A stretch of 23,669 nucleotides of DNA from a candidate division FCPU426 bacterium. Lineage in GTDB: Bacteria; Oederibacteriota; Muellerivitia; Muellerivitales; Muellerivitaceae. Numbering within the stretch: the first letter of the stretch is position 1; each line of letters starts with the position of its first letter. This document shows, in pieces, positions 8,275 to 18,100 of the stretch. A program made the position numbers and the translations under genes. The DNA is taken from NCBI GenBank assembly GCA_963847625.1, contig CAWKAR010000005.1:1-23669 (forward strand). The letters run 5' to 3'. The notes under the pieces are model-generated. The model was not told where the DNA came from, made no database searches, and saw nothing but the letters and a program-made list of their open reading frames with translations.

Positions 8275-8799
8275 TTAGTTTAGAGTTTTCGCGCCCGGAG
8301 TCCAGCCGCAACCGGTCAACTTGCCGGTTTCAAAGGCCGCCAAAGTGCGGATGGTTTCCTCAACGTTTCGGCCAACCCCCGTGTCGTTGATGGTGGCGTG
8401 CTTTAAGTTGCCTTCCGGATCGATCACGAAGGTTCCGCGAAGCGCGATCCCCTTGTCCTCGATCAACACCCCATAGGCGCGGGAAATATGATGGGCGTTG
8501 TCGGATAAATGCGGGAACTTTAATTTCCCCAACCCACCCTGATCCTGCCAAGCCTTATGACTGTAAACGCTGTCAGTGGAAGCGGTGATCACCTCGGCCC
8601 CCATTTTCTTGAATTCCTCGTATTTCTCATTGAAGGCCTTAATCTCGGTCGGACAGACAAAAGTAAAATCGAGCGGGTAGAAGAACAAGACCACCCACTT
8701 TCCCTTGTAATCCGACAACTTGACCGTCTTAAATTCACCGTTAGGCATAACGGCTTCTCCCTGGAAATCAGGGGCTTTTTGTCCTACTTGAGTTGACAT
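8275..8799 (-). CDS. ahpC: 2-Cys peroxiredoxin (AhpC/Prx1)
   Basis: FFYPLDFTFVCPTE peroxidatic motif, RGTFVIDPEG and VGRNVEE; ATG at 8799 follows AGGAGG. Confidence 0.95.
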   Translation of the reverse strand: MSTQVGQKAPDFQGEAVMPNGEFKTVKLSDYKGKWVVLFFYPLDFTFVCPTEIKAFNEKYEEFKKMGAEVITASTDSVYSHKAWQDQGGLGKLKFPHLSDNAHHISRAYGVLIEDKGIALRGTFVIDPEGNLKHATINDTGVGRNVEETIRTLAAFETGKLTGCGWTPGAKTLN

Positions 8800-9028
8800 G
8801 ACATCCTCCTTTTCATTTTTCGCCGTAGATCCACTTAAGAATAAACGGCTTTTTTTATATTTTTCCTTCCTCCCCATTTATAAAGGAAGTTGAAACTAAC
8901 TTAATCACACGCGATAGCCATCGTTTTTTCCGGCCATCTTTCGTGTCGATCCATAAAACCCACAGGAAAATCATTAATATCCGAACATGAGAAAAAAATA
9001 CCGTTCTGATTTCCTCGCGGGAAACGGA

Positions 9029-9508
9029 TTAAACTTTCCTTTTGGCTAATTTCAAATGCTCCAATTTTTTCATGCAATCCGCGCAATAACCCCTGAAATG
9101 GATCGAAAAATCCACAATTTCAAAATCCCTGGCCTCCAGTTTGGGGCAGTGGAAACGAGGCACCGCTCCGTCCTTTACATCAATCACTTTGTGGCAAGCT
9201 AAGCAGCTCAAGTGGTGGTGTTGCTCGGTGTTAGGATCGTATCGGGCCGCCGAACCCAGGTGGCTTGCCTTGTGAACAACACCCAATTTCACCAATGTTT
9301 CAAGCACACGGTACACGGTCATTCGGGAAAGACCTGATAAACGCCCGGATACGTTTTCGTAAACTTGGTCGGCCGTAGGATGGTCCACCCGAACCAATAG
9401 GGACTCCAATATCGCCCTTCTTTGAACCGTCAGCGGAACACCCTGCTCCCGGCACAATTCCTCGAAGCGCTGCATTTTATCCTGTGTGTTTTCCCGGCGA
9501 GGGTTCAT
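9029..9508 (-). CDS. Fur-family transcriptional repressor, PerR-like
   Basis: LTVQRRAIL, HPTADQVY, TVYRVL, HHHLSCLAC and GYCADC; lies directly upstream of ahpC on the same strand. Confidence 0.92.
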   Translation of the reverse strand: MNPRRENTQDKMQRFEELCREQGVPLTVQRRAILESLLVRVDHPTADQVYENVSGRLSGLSRMTVYRVLETLVKLGVVHKASHLGSAARYDPNTEQHHHLSCLACHKVIDVKDGAVPRFHCPKLEARDFEIVDFSIHFRGYCADCMKKLEHLKLAKRKV

Positions 9509-9511
9509 GAA

Positions 9512-9544
9512 TGATAATATATATCAAATGATATTAAATATCAA
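9512..9544 (-). promoter_or_regulatory. Promoter of the Fur/PerR-family gene overlapped by two 7-1-7 Fur-box-like operators
   Basis: TGATAAT-A-TATATCA (9512-9526) and the perfect inverted repeat TGATATT-A-AATATCA (9529-9543); minus-strand TTGATA-17 nt-TATATT ends 7 nt before the ATG. Confidence 0.7.
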
Positions 9545-9648
9545 CTAGTCTTTTCATTTATTTTTCCCTTAATTTATGGGGGTTTAGGCCTTGTTTGCTT
9601 ATTCGGCGGTGCTTAAAATGATCTCCATCATCGTTTCTGAGGCGGCTC

Positions 9649-10074
9649 ATGCCAGGCGGAAAAGCAAAAATTAAAATAGTTTCAGTCCGGGAAGCTAACG
9701 AACTTTTGCCACAGCTTCACGGATTCTTAAAATCACTTCGTGAACTTCGATGCTCGATCTTACGAATCCAAGCGCAAATTGAAATCGAAGAAATGACCGG
9801 AACAAGCTCGGATAATCAACTTACCCCCGCTGCTCAGGAAAAAGTCATCAAATGCATGGATACTCTGCGTCATCAGACAAGCCAATTTGAGGAACAATTG
9901 GACCGTCTCCTAAAAAAGGGCGCGCTCTTGAAAGACTTGGACGGGGGATTAGTGGACTTTTATACGAACCTGGATGGGGAAATTGTTTTTCTTTGCTGGA
10001 AGGAAGGTGAAAAAAAGATTCACCACTGGCATTCCCTGGGAGAGGGCTTTCAAAACCGAAAACCGTTGTCTTAA
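9649..10074 (+). CDS. DUF2203 family protein
   Basis: EANELLP and LKDLDGGLVDF.......VFLCWKEGE..I.HWH....GF..RKPL. Confidence 0.88.
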   Translation: MPGGKAKIKIVSVREANELLPQLHGFLKSLRELRCSILRIQAQIEIEEMTGTSSDNQLTPAAQEKVIKCMDTLRHQTSQFEEQLDRLLKKGALLKDLDGGLVDFYTNLDGEIVFLCWKEGEKKIHHWHSLGEGFQNRKPLS

Positions 10075-10148
10075 TCAACCCTTTTCGTTGTAAAGAAACC
10101 CAAAAACTATTTATTTTTTTGATCCGGATTCCATTGTTTAGTTTACGT

Positions 10149-11810
10149 TTACTTTTTGGCGGCTTTTTCTCTTTTTGACCTGATTTCCCTCGCCTGATAC
10201 TCCAGGTATTCTGCGTACCGGCCCTTGTAATCGGTATAGGTACCGTCCATTCTCAGTTCCAGGATGCGGTTGGCCACCTTATCAATCAGGTTCTGGTCAT
10301 GGGAGGAAAAAATCACGGTTCCCGTAAACTCGTCCATGGCCTTGCTCAAGGATTCGATGGATTCCAAGTCCATATGGTTGGTGGGTTCATCCAGCATCAG
10401 CATATTGCCTCCCTCCAACATGAGCCGGGCCAACACCATTCGCTGGCATTCCCCGCCGGACAGGACTTTCACGCTTTTTTCCTGTTCCTCCCCGGAAAAA
10501 AGCATCCGTCCCAGCATCGCCCGGATCACCTGGCCCTCCTCCAGGGGGGCGAACTGACGAAGCCAATCCAGGGCGGTTAAATCCTGGGTCAGCTCATCTT
10601 TCACATCCTGGGGCATGCTGGAAAGCCTCACGGTACTCCCCCATACCACCTGACCCTCGTTAATCTTCAGGCCCCATTGGGACAACGTCGATCCTTCGGC
10701 CTGGTAGCCCCCCAGGAGGCACTTGATCAGGGTGGTTTTCCCCACTCCATTGGGCCCGATGATGGCGATCTTGTCCCCGCTCCCCGCGATGAAGCTGACC
10801 TTTTTCAAGACCTTCAGGTTTCCATAGGACTTGCTGATGCTCTTGACGTTCAGGATATCCTTCCCGCTGCCCTGCTTTTCCTTGAAATAAAGCCTGGGAT
10901 ACTGGCGGGAAGAGGGGATGATTTCCTCCAGTTCGATCTTCTCCAGCAAGCGGGCCCGGCTGGAGGCCTGGGCGCTCTTGGAGGCGTTCGCGGAAAACCG
11001 GGAGATGAACACCTTGAGCTCGGCGATGTGCTTTTCCTTGCGCGCGTTCTCGGAAAGCTTTTGGTCCAGGGCCTGCTGGGAGGCCATGACGAAAAAGTCG
11101 TAATCGCCCGTGTAAATCGTGACCTTTTGCCGGTCGACGTCGGCGATATGGGTGCAAACATGGTTCAGGAAGTGCCTGTCGTGGGAAATGACGATGATGG
11201 TTCCGTCATAGGCGTTCAAATAGTCTTCCAACCAATCGATGGTGCGGATGTCCAGGTGGTTGGTGGGCTCGTCCAAGAGCAGAACGTCCGGTTTGGCGTA
11301 AAGCACTTGGGCCAGCAGAACCCTCAATTTCCATCCCCCGGTGAGTTGTTTCATCTTCCATGGATGTTTGGCGGTCTCGATCCCCAGGCCCTCCAATAAC
11401 TCCCCGGCCGCCGCGGTCACGGCATACCCGTCCATTTCCCCGAAGTGGGCTTCCAGTTCCGCGGCCCGCAGGCCCTCCTCGTGGGTCATGTGAGGTTTGG
11501 CGTAAAGAGCGTCCTTCTCGCGCTGGACCTTCCAAAGGTCTTCCCGGCCCATCAGCACCGTGTCCAGGACCGTAAACTCCTCAAAAGCGTATTGGTCCTG
11601 CTTCAGGAGGCCCACCCGGACCCCCCGGTCCACCGCCACTTCACCCTCGTCGGGTTTGATTTGCCCGGCCAAAATCCTGAGAAAAGTGGATTTCCCCGCG
11701 CCATTGGCACCGATCAGGCCATAACAATAACCAGGATTGAATTTGACCGTGACACTGTCAAACAGGGTCTTTTTCCCGAATCGAAGGGTAAGGTCTCTTG
11801 TGGAAATCAT
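10149..11810 (-). CDS. ABC-F family ribosome-associated ATPase (YbiT-like)
   Basis: Two ABC domains (GANGAGKST...LLLDEPTNHLD; GPNGVGKTT...LSGGE...LDEPTNHMD), linker FISRFSANASKSAQASSR and no TM segments; ATG at 11810 preferred. Confidence 0.95.
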   Translation of the reverse strand: MISTRDLTLRFGKKTLFDSVTVKFNPGYCYGLIGANGAGKSTFLRILAGQIKPDEGEVAVDRGVRVGLLKQDQYAFEEFTVLDTVLMGREDLWKVQREKDALYAKPHMTHEEGLRAAELEAHFGEMDGYAVTAAAGELLEGLGIETAKHPWKMKQLTGGWKLRVLLAQVLYAKPDVLLLDEPTNHLDIRTIDWLEDYLNAYDGTIIVISHDRHFLNHVCTHIADVDRQKVTIYTGDYDFFVMASQQALDQKLSENARKEKHIAELKVFISRFSANASKSAQASSRARLLEKIELEEIIPSSRQYPRLYFKEKQGSGKDILNVKSISKSYGNLKVLKKVSFIAGSGDKIAIIGPNGVGKTTLIKCLLGGYQAEGSTLSQWGLKINEGQVVWGSTVRLSSMPQDVKDELTQDLTALDWLRQFAPLEEGQVIRAMLGRMLFSGEEQEKSVKVLSGGECQRMVLARLMLEGGNMLMLDEPTNHMDLESIESLSKAMDEFTGTVIFSSHDQNLIDKVANRILELRMDGTYTDYKGRYAEYLEYQAREIRSKREKAAKK

Positions 11811-11947
11811 TGACTCGCCTTTTGTTCTTTTTCGATTTTCCCAAATCAGTTCAGCGGGGGATCTTCTTAAGGAGCGCAATTGTCGGATGATTTGAATTTA
11901 GAGTCAAGGAACATCCATCGGGGTTGCGAAAGAGTAACCTTCAACTC

Positions 11948-12598
11948 TTACTTATGGCGCTTTGTCCGGATCGAGTGCAGGTGTTCGCGCCACTCCTCCA
12001 TGTCGGCTTCGTCCTCGACCGAAAAATAATATTTGTCCTTGAAGGCGCCCTTGACGTAAACGACAACTTGCCCCTTCTTCGCCATTTCCACATGGCCGTG
12101 GCTGCCGGCCACCACCGCGCCTTCATGTGAAAAAATGCTGACCTGTTCTTTCTGGCGGATGAACTCGAAAAGCGTGCCGTGAAGGCGGCAAGAGACCGGG
12201 CCTGCTGTCACCTCAAAGGGGTAGCTCGGCGCCTTATCCAGCATCGTGATGAGGCGGCCCTGGGAGAGATGGAGGCGGCAAAGAAGTTTTTTGGATTCGA
12301 TATACCTCAAGCGCGAGAACTGGATTTTTGTGTTTTGGGCCAAATGGACATAGGCTTTTTTCGATAAACGCAGGACGGCCTCGCTTTTGGGGCCGGTGGT
12401 GATTTGGTCGCCGTCGTCCACGAACTGGCCGGTTCGCAGCCGGGTGGTCTCGTCCGTCTCATCCCGGAAGGCTGAAACTTGCCCCCGGACATCCAGGACC
12501 TTGAACCGGGGTTGGTCCTCATACTGGGCTTTTACCGCGTCAATATGAATCCCAAAGGTGAAAAAACCGGCCAAGAGGAAAAGAAGCAAACGACGCAT
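11948..12598 (-). CDS. Exported FecR-domain protein
   Basis: Signal peptide MRRLLLFLLAGFFTFG...AVKA; GDQITTGPKSEAVL, LAQNTKI, LSQGRL and FEVTAG...LHGTLF; GAGG before the ATG at 12598. Confidence 0.8.
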   Translation of the reverse strand: MRRLLLFLLAGFFTFGIHIDAVKAQYEDQPRFKVLDVRGQVSAFRDETDETTRLRTGQFVDDGDQITTGPKSEAVLRLSKKAYVHLAQNTKIQFSRLRYIESKKLLCRLHLSQGRLITMLDKAPSYPFEVTAGPVSCRLHGTLFEFIRQKEQVSIFSHEGAVVAGSHGHVEMAKKGQVVVYVKGAFKDKYYFSVEDEADMEEWREHLHSIRTKRHK

Positions 12599-12620
12599 TA
12601 AAACCTCGTTCATCAAAAGT

Positions 12621-12897
12621 GTCAGGGGACGGCCCTTCGCACCGCAGCGAAGGGCAGTGCTTCGGGTCGCCACTTGGCCGGGGAATGCGCCGATTCCCCA
12701 TAAGGCTTTTAAGAAAATCGGTGCTATACCGACCTCTATAAAAGCTTTATGGAAGGTCGGCATGAACCACGGCCAAGTACGCGGTTTGTGCCGATCTTCC
12801 AAAAATACATATTGAGATCGGTACCATACCAACTTCTTTAAATGCTTTATTGAGAGTTGGCATGTCCCCGGCTAAAGCCGGGGCCTTAAACAAACCG
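12621..12897. repeat. Structured intergenic element: four ~40-bp imperfect palindromes in alternating orientation plus enclosing stems
   Basis: Units at 12686-12724, 12725-12764, 12787-12824 and 12825-12864; 100-bp period; compensatory changes between units; extra stems at 12632-12655, 12672-12680/12770-12778, 12782-12789/12890-12897 and 12866-12883. Confidence 0.8.
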
Positions 12898-13015
12898 GTG
12901 GAAAGATTACCCTCTTGTAACGAAAAAATAAACTAAATCCTTGGGGGCTATTTCTTTCTTTTACGCCGCGCCGTAATATAACCTTTGCGTTTATATAAAA
13001 TCAGGAGGTATTCAT

Positions 13016-13255
13016 ATGAGCGAAGCGAAAATAGCGGCGAAATTCCCGGCCAAAGTGGATGTGGAGGCCGGAAAGACTTACGCCTGGTGTTCGTGCGGTC
13101 TCTCGGAAAAACAACCCTTCTGCGACGGACACCATAAAACCACCGAGTTTAAACCCCTCATTTTCAAGGCGGAGGAGTCCAAGACCGTTTTCCTTTGCCA
13201 ATGCAAACAAACAAAAAACAAGCCCTATTGTGACGGTACACATAAGTCACTTTGA
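13016..13255 (+). CDS. CDGSH iron-sulfur protein with two 2Fe-2S motifs (CISD3/MiNT-like)
   Basis: WCSCGLSEKQPFCDGHH and LCQCKQTKNKPYCDGTH; AGGAGG ribosome-binding site. Confidence 0.95.
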   Translation: MSEAKIAAKFPAKVDVEAGKTYAWCSCGLSEKQPFCDGHHKTTEFKPLIFKAEESKTVFLCQCKQTKNKPYCDGTHKSL

Positions 13256-13315
13256 CCGGTTTTAATCCAAGGGATTGTTTAACAAAGTTATCCGGGTTGC
13301 TGACTAATGAATTTT

Positions 13316-13350
13316 ATTAAACCCAAGTCCCCACTTTGGGTTTAATTTGT
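13316..13350 (+). terminator. Possible intrinsic terminator after the CDGSH gene
   Basis: 11-bp inverted repeat ATTAAACCCAA/TTGGGTTTAAT (13316-13346) with T-rich sequence downstream. Confidence 0.45.
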
Positions 13351-13403
13351 TCATTCTCATTTTTCATATAAGAACCGGGGTTTCTAAACCCTTATTGTAT
13401 ATA

Positions 13404-13412
13404 TGTTATAAT
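13404..13412 (+). promoter_or_regulatory. Extended -10 promoter element
   Basis: TG-T-TATAAT, about 48 nt upstream of the ATG at 13461. Confidence 0.5.
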
Positions 13413-13460
13413 TTGATTCGATACTATTCTCCTCCGAAAGTATATTGGTAAAAATCAATC

Positions 13461-15134
13461 ATGAATTCTTCCCTAAATCAAACCTTGAGATGGGCCTTTT
13501 TCTTTTTTCTTCTTGTTAGAGTAACCCTGTTACTCCCCAATCCTGCCGGCGCCGCCACCACCAACAAAGGGACTGATTTTTGGGTGGCTTTTCCCAACAA
13601 CATCGACTCCGGTACCAGCGCTCCCCAACTCTTCATCACCAGCGAGAGCGGCGCCACCGGCACCGTGTCTGGAGCTGGTTTCACTTCGCCTTTCACGGTA
13701 ACCGCAGGTTCCATGGCAACCGTGCCGGTTCCTACCGGGTTCATCGTCACTAGCCGCGACAGCGTCACCCCCCAAGGCATTCACGTGACAGCCACTTCCA
13801 ATGTGGCGGTTTACGGCTTGAACTACCTGGAGGAAAACACCTACGGATACCTGGGGCTTCCCACGGATGGCCTGGGAGTGAGTTATATCGTCGCGACATA
13901 CCAAGTGGATTCGACTTCCAGCCTATTCACCCTCGTTGGGACCTCCAGCAATACCACGCCCGTTACCATCCTCCCCTCCATAACGGTGGGTTCCAGGACG
14001 GCTAATAACCAGTATGTGGTGAACCTGAACCAGGGGGACACCTATCAGTTGCAGGCCGTGAACATCGGCGACGACTTGAGCGGCACCAGGATCACCTCGA
14101 ATAACCAGGTGGCCGTCTTCATCGGGAACAAGTGCGAAATGGTGCCGAATTCCTCCTTTTCTTCCTGTAACCCGCTGATCCAGGAACTTTGGCCCCTCTC
14201 GGATTGGGGCGTGACTTTTTTTACCGTGCCCTTGGCCACCCGGACCGGGGGGGACACGGTCAAGATCACATCCTCTCAAGACGGAACTACTTTAGCTGTT
14301 AACGGCTCAAATGTTTTGCTGAACCCGCTTAAAGCGGGACACGTTTACCAGCAGTTGTTGACCGTAGCCTCACAAATCACTTCAAATTACCCCATTTTTG
14401 TGGCGCAGTATTCCGACGGTCAGGATTGGGATGGCAATCCCATTTCCGACCCCACCATGATTGCCATTCCACCGGTCAGCGGTTACGACACGGATTATCT
14501 CGTTGGAAACCCGCCCACGAGTTTATTTCCCGTCAACTATGAGAACATCATCGCGCCCAGCTCGGCGGTAGGTTCCATTACGCTGGATGGGGTTCCCATT
14601 CCGGCGGGATCCTTTTCTCAAATTTGGACTACTGGATACTACGGCGCCCAAGTTTCGGTTTCAGGGGCGCCTCACCAACTCTTGGGACCCGTTGCCACGC
14701 CTTTCGGGGTGGTTGCTTATGGATTCGCCAGCGCGGACGCTTATGGTTATCCCGCGGGGGTCATCCTCCAGCAAATCCCAACCCCCACCTCGACTCCCAC
14801 CCCGACCTTCACGCCGACGCCTGGCGGGTCTGGGCCAGGGTCTCCCCAGCCTCCCGTCAACACCTGCCAAATCCATCTTTGGCCCGACCCTTACGACCCC
14901 CAAATAGCTGCCTTCCGGTTTTTGAAATTGGACTGTATTCCCCCCGGCGCGACTGTTTCCTTCTACACTGTTTCGGGTGAATTAGTGAACACCGTCACGG
15001 AAACCGGGGGGATCGCCCAATGGGACGGCAAGAACAAGAATGGGATTAACGTGTCTGCGGGCATCTATTTCTATGCGGTCCTGCAAGGGGGGCAATTCCT
15101 GGCAAAGGGGAAATTCCTCATTCTTCGGCGCTAA
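13461..15134 (+). CDS. Secreted IgGFc-binding-protein N-terminal-like domain protein with PT linker and C-terminal FlgD-like/sorting domain
   Basis: Signal peptide; NKGTDFWVAFPNN, GIHVTA...VAVYGLN, LPTDGLG..Y, DLSGTRITSN and AYGYPAG; PTPTSTPTPTFTPTP linker; WPDP...FYTVSGELV...WDGKN..G..VSAGIYF. Confidence 0.85.
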   Translation: MNSSLNQTLRWAFFFFLLVRVTLLLPNPAGAATTNKGTDFWVAFPNNIDSGTSAPQLFITSESGATGTVSGAGFTSPFTVTAGSMATVPVPTGFIVTSRDSVTPQGIHVTATSNVAVYGLNYLEENTYGYLGLPTDGLGVSYIVATYQVDSTSSLFTLVGTSSNTTPVTILPSITVGSRTANNQYVVNLNQGDTYQLQAVNIGDDLSGTRITSNNQVAVFIGNKCEMVPNSSFSSCNPLIQELWPLSDWGVTFFTVPLATRTGGDTVKITSSQDGTTLAVNGSNVLLNPLKAGHVYQQLLTVASQITSNYPIFVAQYSDGQDWDGNPISDPTMIAIPPVSGYDTDYLVGNPPTSLFPVNYENIIAPSSAVGSITLDGVPIPAGSFSQIWTTGYYGAQVSVSGAPHQLLGPVATPFGVVAYGFASADAYGYPAGVILQQIPTPTSTPTPTFTPTPGGSGPGSPQPPVNTCQIHLWPDPYDPQIAAFRFLKLDCIPPGATVSFYTVSGELVNTVTETGGIAQWDGKNKNGINVSAGIYFYAVLQGGQFLAKGKFLILRR

Positions 15135-15199
15135 TAACATCCTCAAATCCCGTCGGAGATGAAGGAATCTTCCCCGCGGAATGATGCGGCAGATTCTTC

Positions 15200-18100
15200 T
15201 TAATTTTCAAACCGGATCCATTCGGGAAGCCTTTTGAAAAGAATCCGCACTCTTTCCCGGGTTCGCTCCACCCTTTCCACCAAGCGCTCGGCGGCTTCCC
15301 TTCCCCGGCCAAGCCCTGTGCGCCAGACGAGCCGTAAAAGACGCTCCGGCGCTTCGGGAAGTTCGTCATCGGAGGTTTCCCTTACCATGCGGTGCCGTGC
15401 CTCCAGGAGCCGGAAGAACCCGTAAGCTTCCAGCAATTCATCCAGCACTTCCCCCGGAACCAACTTTGCCTCTTTCATATAGGTCAAGGCGGTGGGCAAG
15501 TGGGGCACTTTTATTTCGGGAATTTCACGGCCGTAGGCGACCTGGAGGGTCTGGATGAAAAATTCGATGTCCGTGATGCCCCCCGGCGACACCTTGATTT
15601 CCAAGCCTTTGGTTTTTTTCGCTTTTTGCTCCATCTGCTCCCGAATGCCGAGTATCTCGTCCAGTTCCTTCCGTGTTAAACCCCGCCCATAAGTAAAACG
15701 CTCGATTTCCTTTTCCACTTGAAAGGCTGTTTGCCGGTCGCCGGCCAGGAAAGAGCAACGGGTATAAGCCAATCTCTCGGCGGCTTGCCCATAAGTCCGG
15801 AAATACTGCCGGTAGGCGTCCACCGAGTGGGCCATTTGGGCCTCCCGGCCCATGGGCCGGAGCCTCGCGTCCACTTGATAAGCAATGCCCTGCGGGGTGG
15901 GCGCAGCCAGGGCGAAAATGAAGGTTTCGGAAAGCTTCAGGTAATTCTCAAAACCAATTTCCTTGGCTTCCTGGTCGCCGTAGATAAAAAGGACATCCAG
16001 GTCCGACCCGTAATTCATTTCCCGGGAGCCCAGTTTTCCCATCCCCATCATGCAGAAACCCTTGGGGGCGCAAGGCCTTTCCGTGGAGCAGGGAAATCCC
16101 AATTTCACCGCCGCGGCCCCCAACGCGCAGCGGCTTAAGGCTATGGCTAAGCGGGAAAGTTCGGCGAAACAATCGAAAATTTTTCTTTTGCCCAAAAGGT
16201 CCTGGAGGCCCACGCTCAGCACTTCGCCGTCGCGGACTTCCCGAAGAAGGTTCAAACGCCCCTCCCAGTCAGGGGTCTGGGCCATGCGGCCCTCCAGGAT
16301 TTCCAGGAACTCCTGCACTGAGCGGGGGTCCCGTTCGTTGACCGCCCTTTGCACGATGTCAAAATTACCGGGATGCGCAATGAGGATTTGCGAGAGAAAA
16401 AGGCTGTTGGAAAAAAGCTCCAGGAGCAGGCGGAACATGAGCGGGTTTTCCAAAAGGTAGCGAATATAAAGGTCCGGGAGGGAAGTCGCGTTGAGGAAAC
16501 TTTCCATTTGGTTCAAAGCCCGGTCCGGGTGGGGAACCTTGGCCAGGCCTTTGAATAATGCCGGAACGAAAACGGACCAAAGGATCTCCCCTTTGGCCCC
16601 CGCCGAGCGCCGCAGCCTGCCCACGAGCGCCAGGAGATTGGAAGCGGCCTGGGCCGGGTCGAAGAAAAACTTCTTCTCCAAATCCTTTTCCAATTCTTCC
16701 CGGTTGCCGGCGAGGGATTCTTGAACCACACGTGAGGAAACATCCTGCCGGGTCTTGATCCGGAACACTTCCTGGTAAAGGTGGTTGACCCGGGAAGTCG
16801 TATCGGCATAACGGGCCCTGAAAAAGCGGACAGGCTCGTCTTTTTCCCCCTTGAAGCCGAGGGAACGGGCCAAGCTTTGCAAAGCCGGGGCCGATCGGGG
16901 CAGGGTGTGCGTCTGCAGCCCATGGACCATTTGCAGGTGATGCTCGGCGTTGCGGAGGAACCGGTAGGCTTCAGCGAGGAATTGCGCGTCGGCCTTGAGG
17001 AGAATGCCTTCCAATCCCAGGTTTTCCAGGGCCTCCAAGGTATTAGCCCCCCGGATTTCAGGCTTGAGGCCCCCATGGACCAGCTGAAAAAGCTGGACAA
17101 TGAACTCGATCTCGCGGATACCGCCCTTCCCCAGCTTCACCTGGGTTTTTTGCTTGCCCATCCCCTCCATTTTTTTCCGGATGAGAACCATGACTTCCCG
17201 CATCTCGCGAAGCACGGCCGAATCGAAACTTTTCCGGAATACCAGGGGTTCCACTTCTTTGAGGAATTGGATTCCCAAATCCAGGTCCCCGGTGCAGGGC
17301 CTCGCCTTGATCAGGGCCTGCAGTTCCCAGAGCTGGCTCCTGGATTCGTAATGTTCCAGGTAAGCGTCCAGGGACTTGGCCATGTCCCCCAACCCCTCGG
17401 GCCTCAACCGCATGTCCACCTTGAACAAATTGCCCAGGAAACTCGATTCCTGCATGGCGTTGATGATGAATTCGGCCAGGTCATTGTAATAACGGCGGGC
17501 TTCCTCCCCCACCACTTGGGATTGGGGGGAAATCTCGTAGATAAAGAGAAGGTCGATGTCCGAGCAGTAATTCAGCTCGTTCCCGCCCAGCTTGCCCATT
17601 CCCAGGACCACCAACCGGCCCTCGGGTTTTGGTACGCCGGCTTTCGCGAGTTTTTCTTTTCCCACCGCCATAACGGATTCCAAGAGCGCGTCGGCCAATC
17701 CGGAAAGTTCAAGAGTCAGCGTCTTCACGTCGCAAAGCCCCAACAGGTCCCGTCCGCCCAGGCGCAGCATCTGGCGGCGCTTGACCCGCCGGATGGCGTT
17801 CAATTCGCCCTCGAAATCATCGAGGGCCTCCGTTTCCCGAACCAGCGTTTCCACCAAGCGCTCCTTCGAGAAACGGGAATACAATCCGTCCTCGTCCAAA
17901 AGCCAGTAAAGCAACCCGGGTTCCTGGTAAAGGATGGAGGCCAGGTAGGGGCTGAATCCCAGGATTTTGGCCAGAACTTTCCGGGCCTGGGGAACTCGCA
18001 AGAGATACTGGTAGAGTTGGGACCGGTGGAAGGATTTTTCGGCGTAGGTGCCGAACTGGTTGACCGCAAGGTCCGGGTCGGGAGCCTCGGAAAATTCGGG

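Noticed and set aside
12630..12705. Cobalamin riboswitch upstream of the FecR-domain gene (minus strand has GGGAA and ACTGCCC..CGC..CGGTG)
   Set aside because: Spacing does not fit and the B12 box (AGYCAGRAGACC) is absent; the alternating repeat architecture is not a riboswitch feature.
12599..12832. N-terminal extension of the FecR ORF to 12832
   Set aside because: It runs through the palindromic element; the signal peptide and RBS point to the ATG at 12598.
12686..12864. CRISPR array or integron attC sites
   Set aside because: Units abut without unique spacers, alternate in orientation and lack RYYYAAC/GTTRRRY boxes; no cas or intI gene is in the window.
15161..15199. Bidirectional terminator between the convergent 13461 gene and glnE
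   Set aside because: The stem GAATCT/AGATTC plus CCGC/GCGG is interrupted and lacks clear U-tracts.
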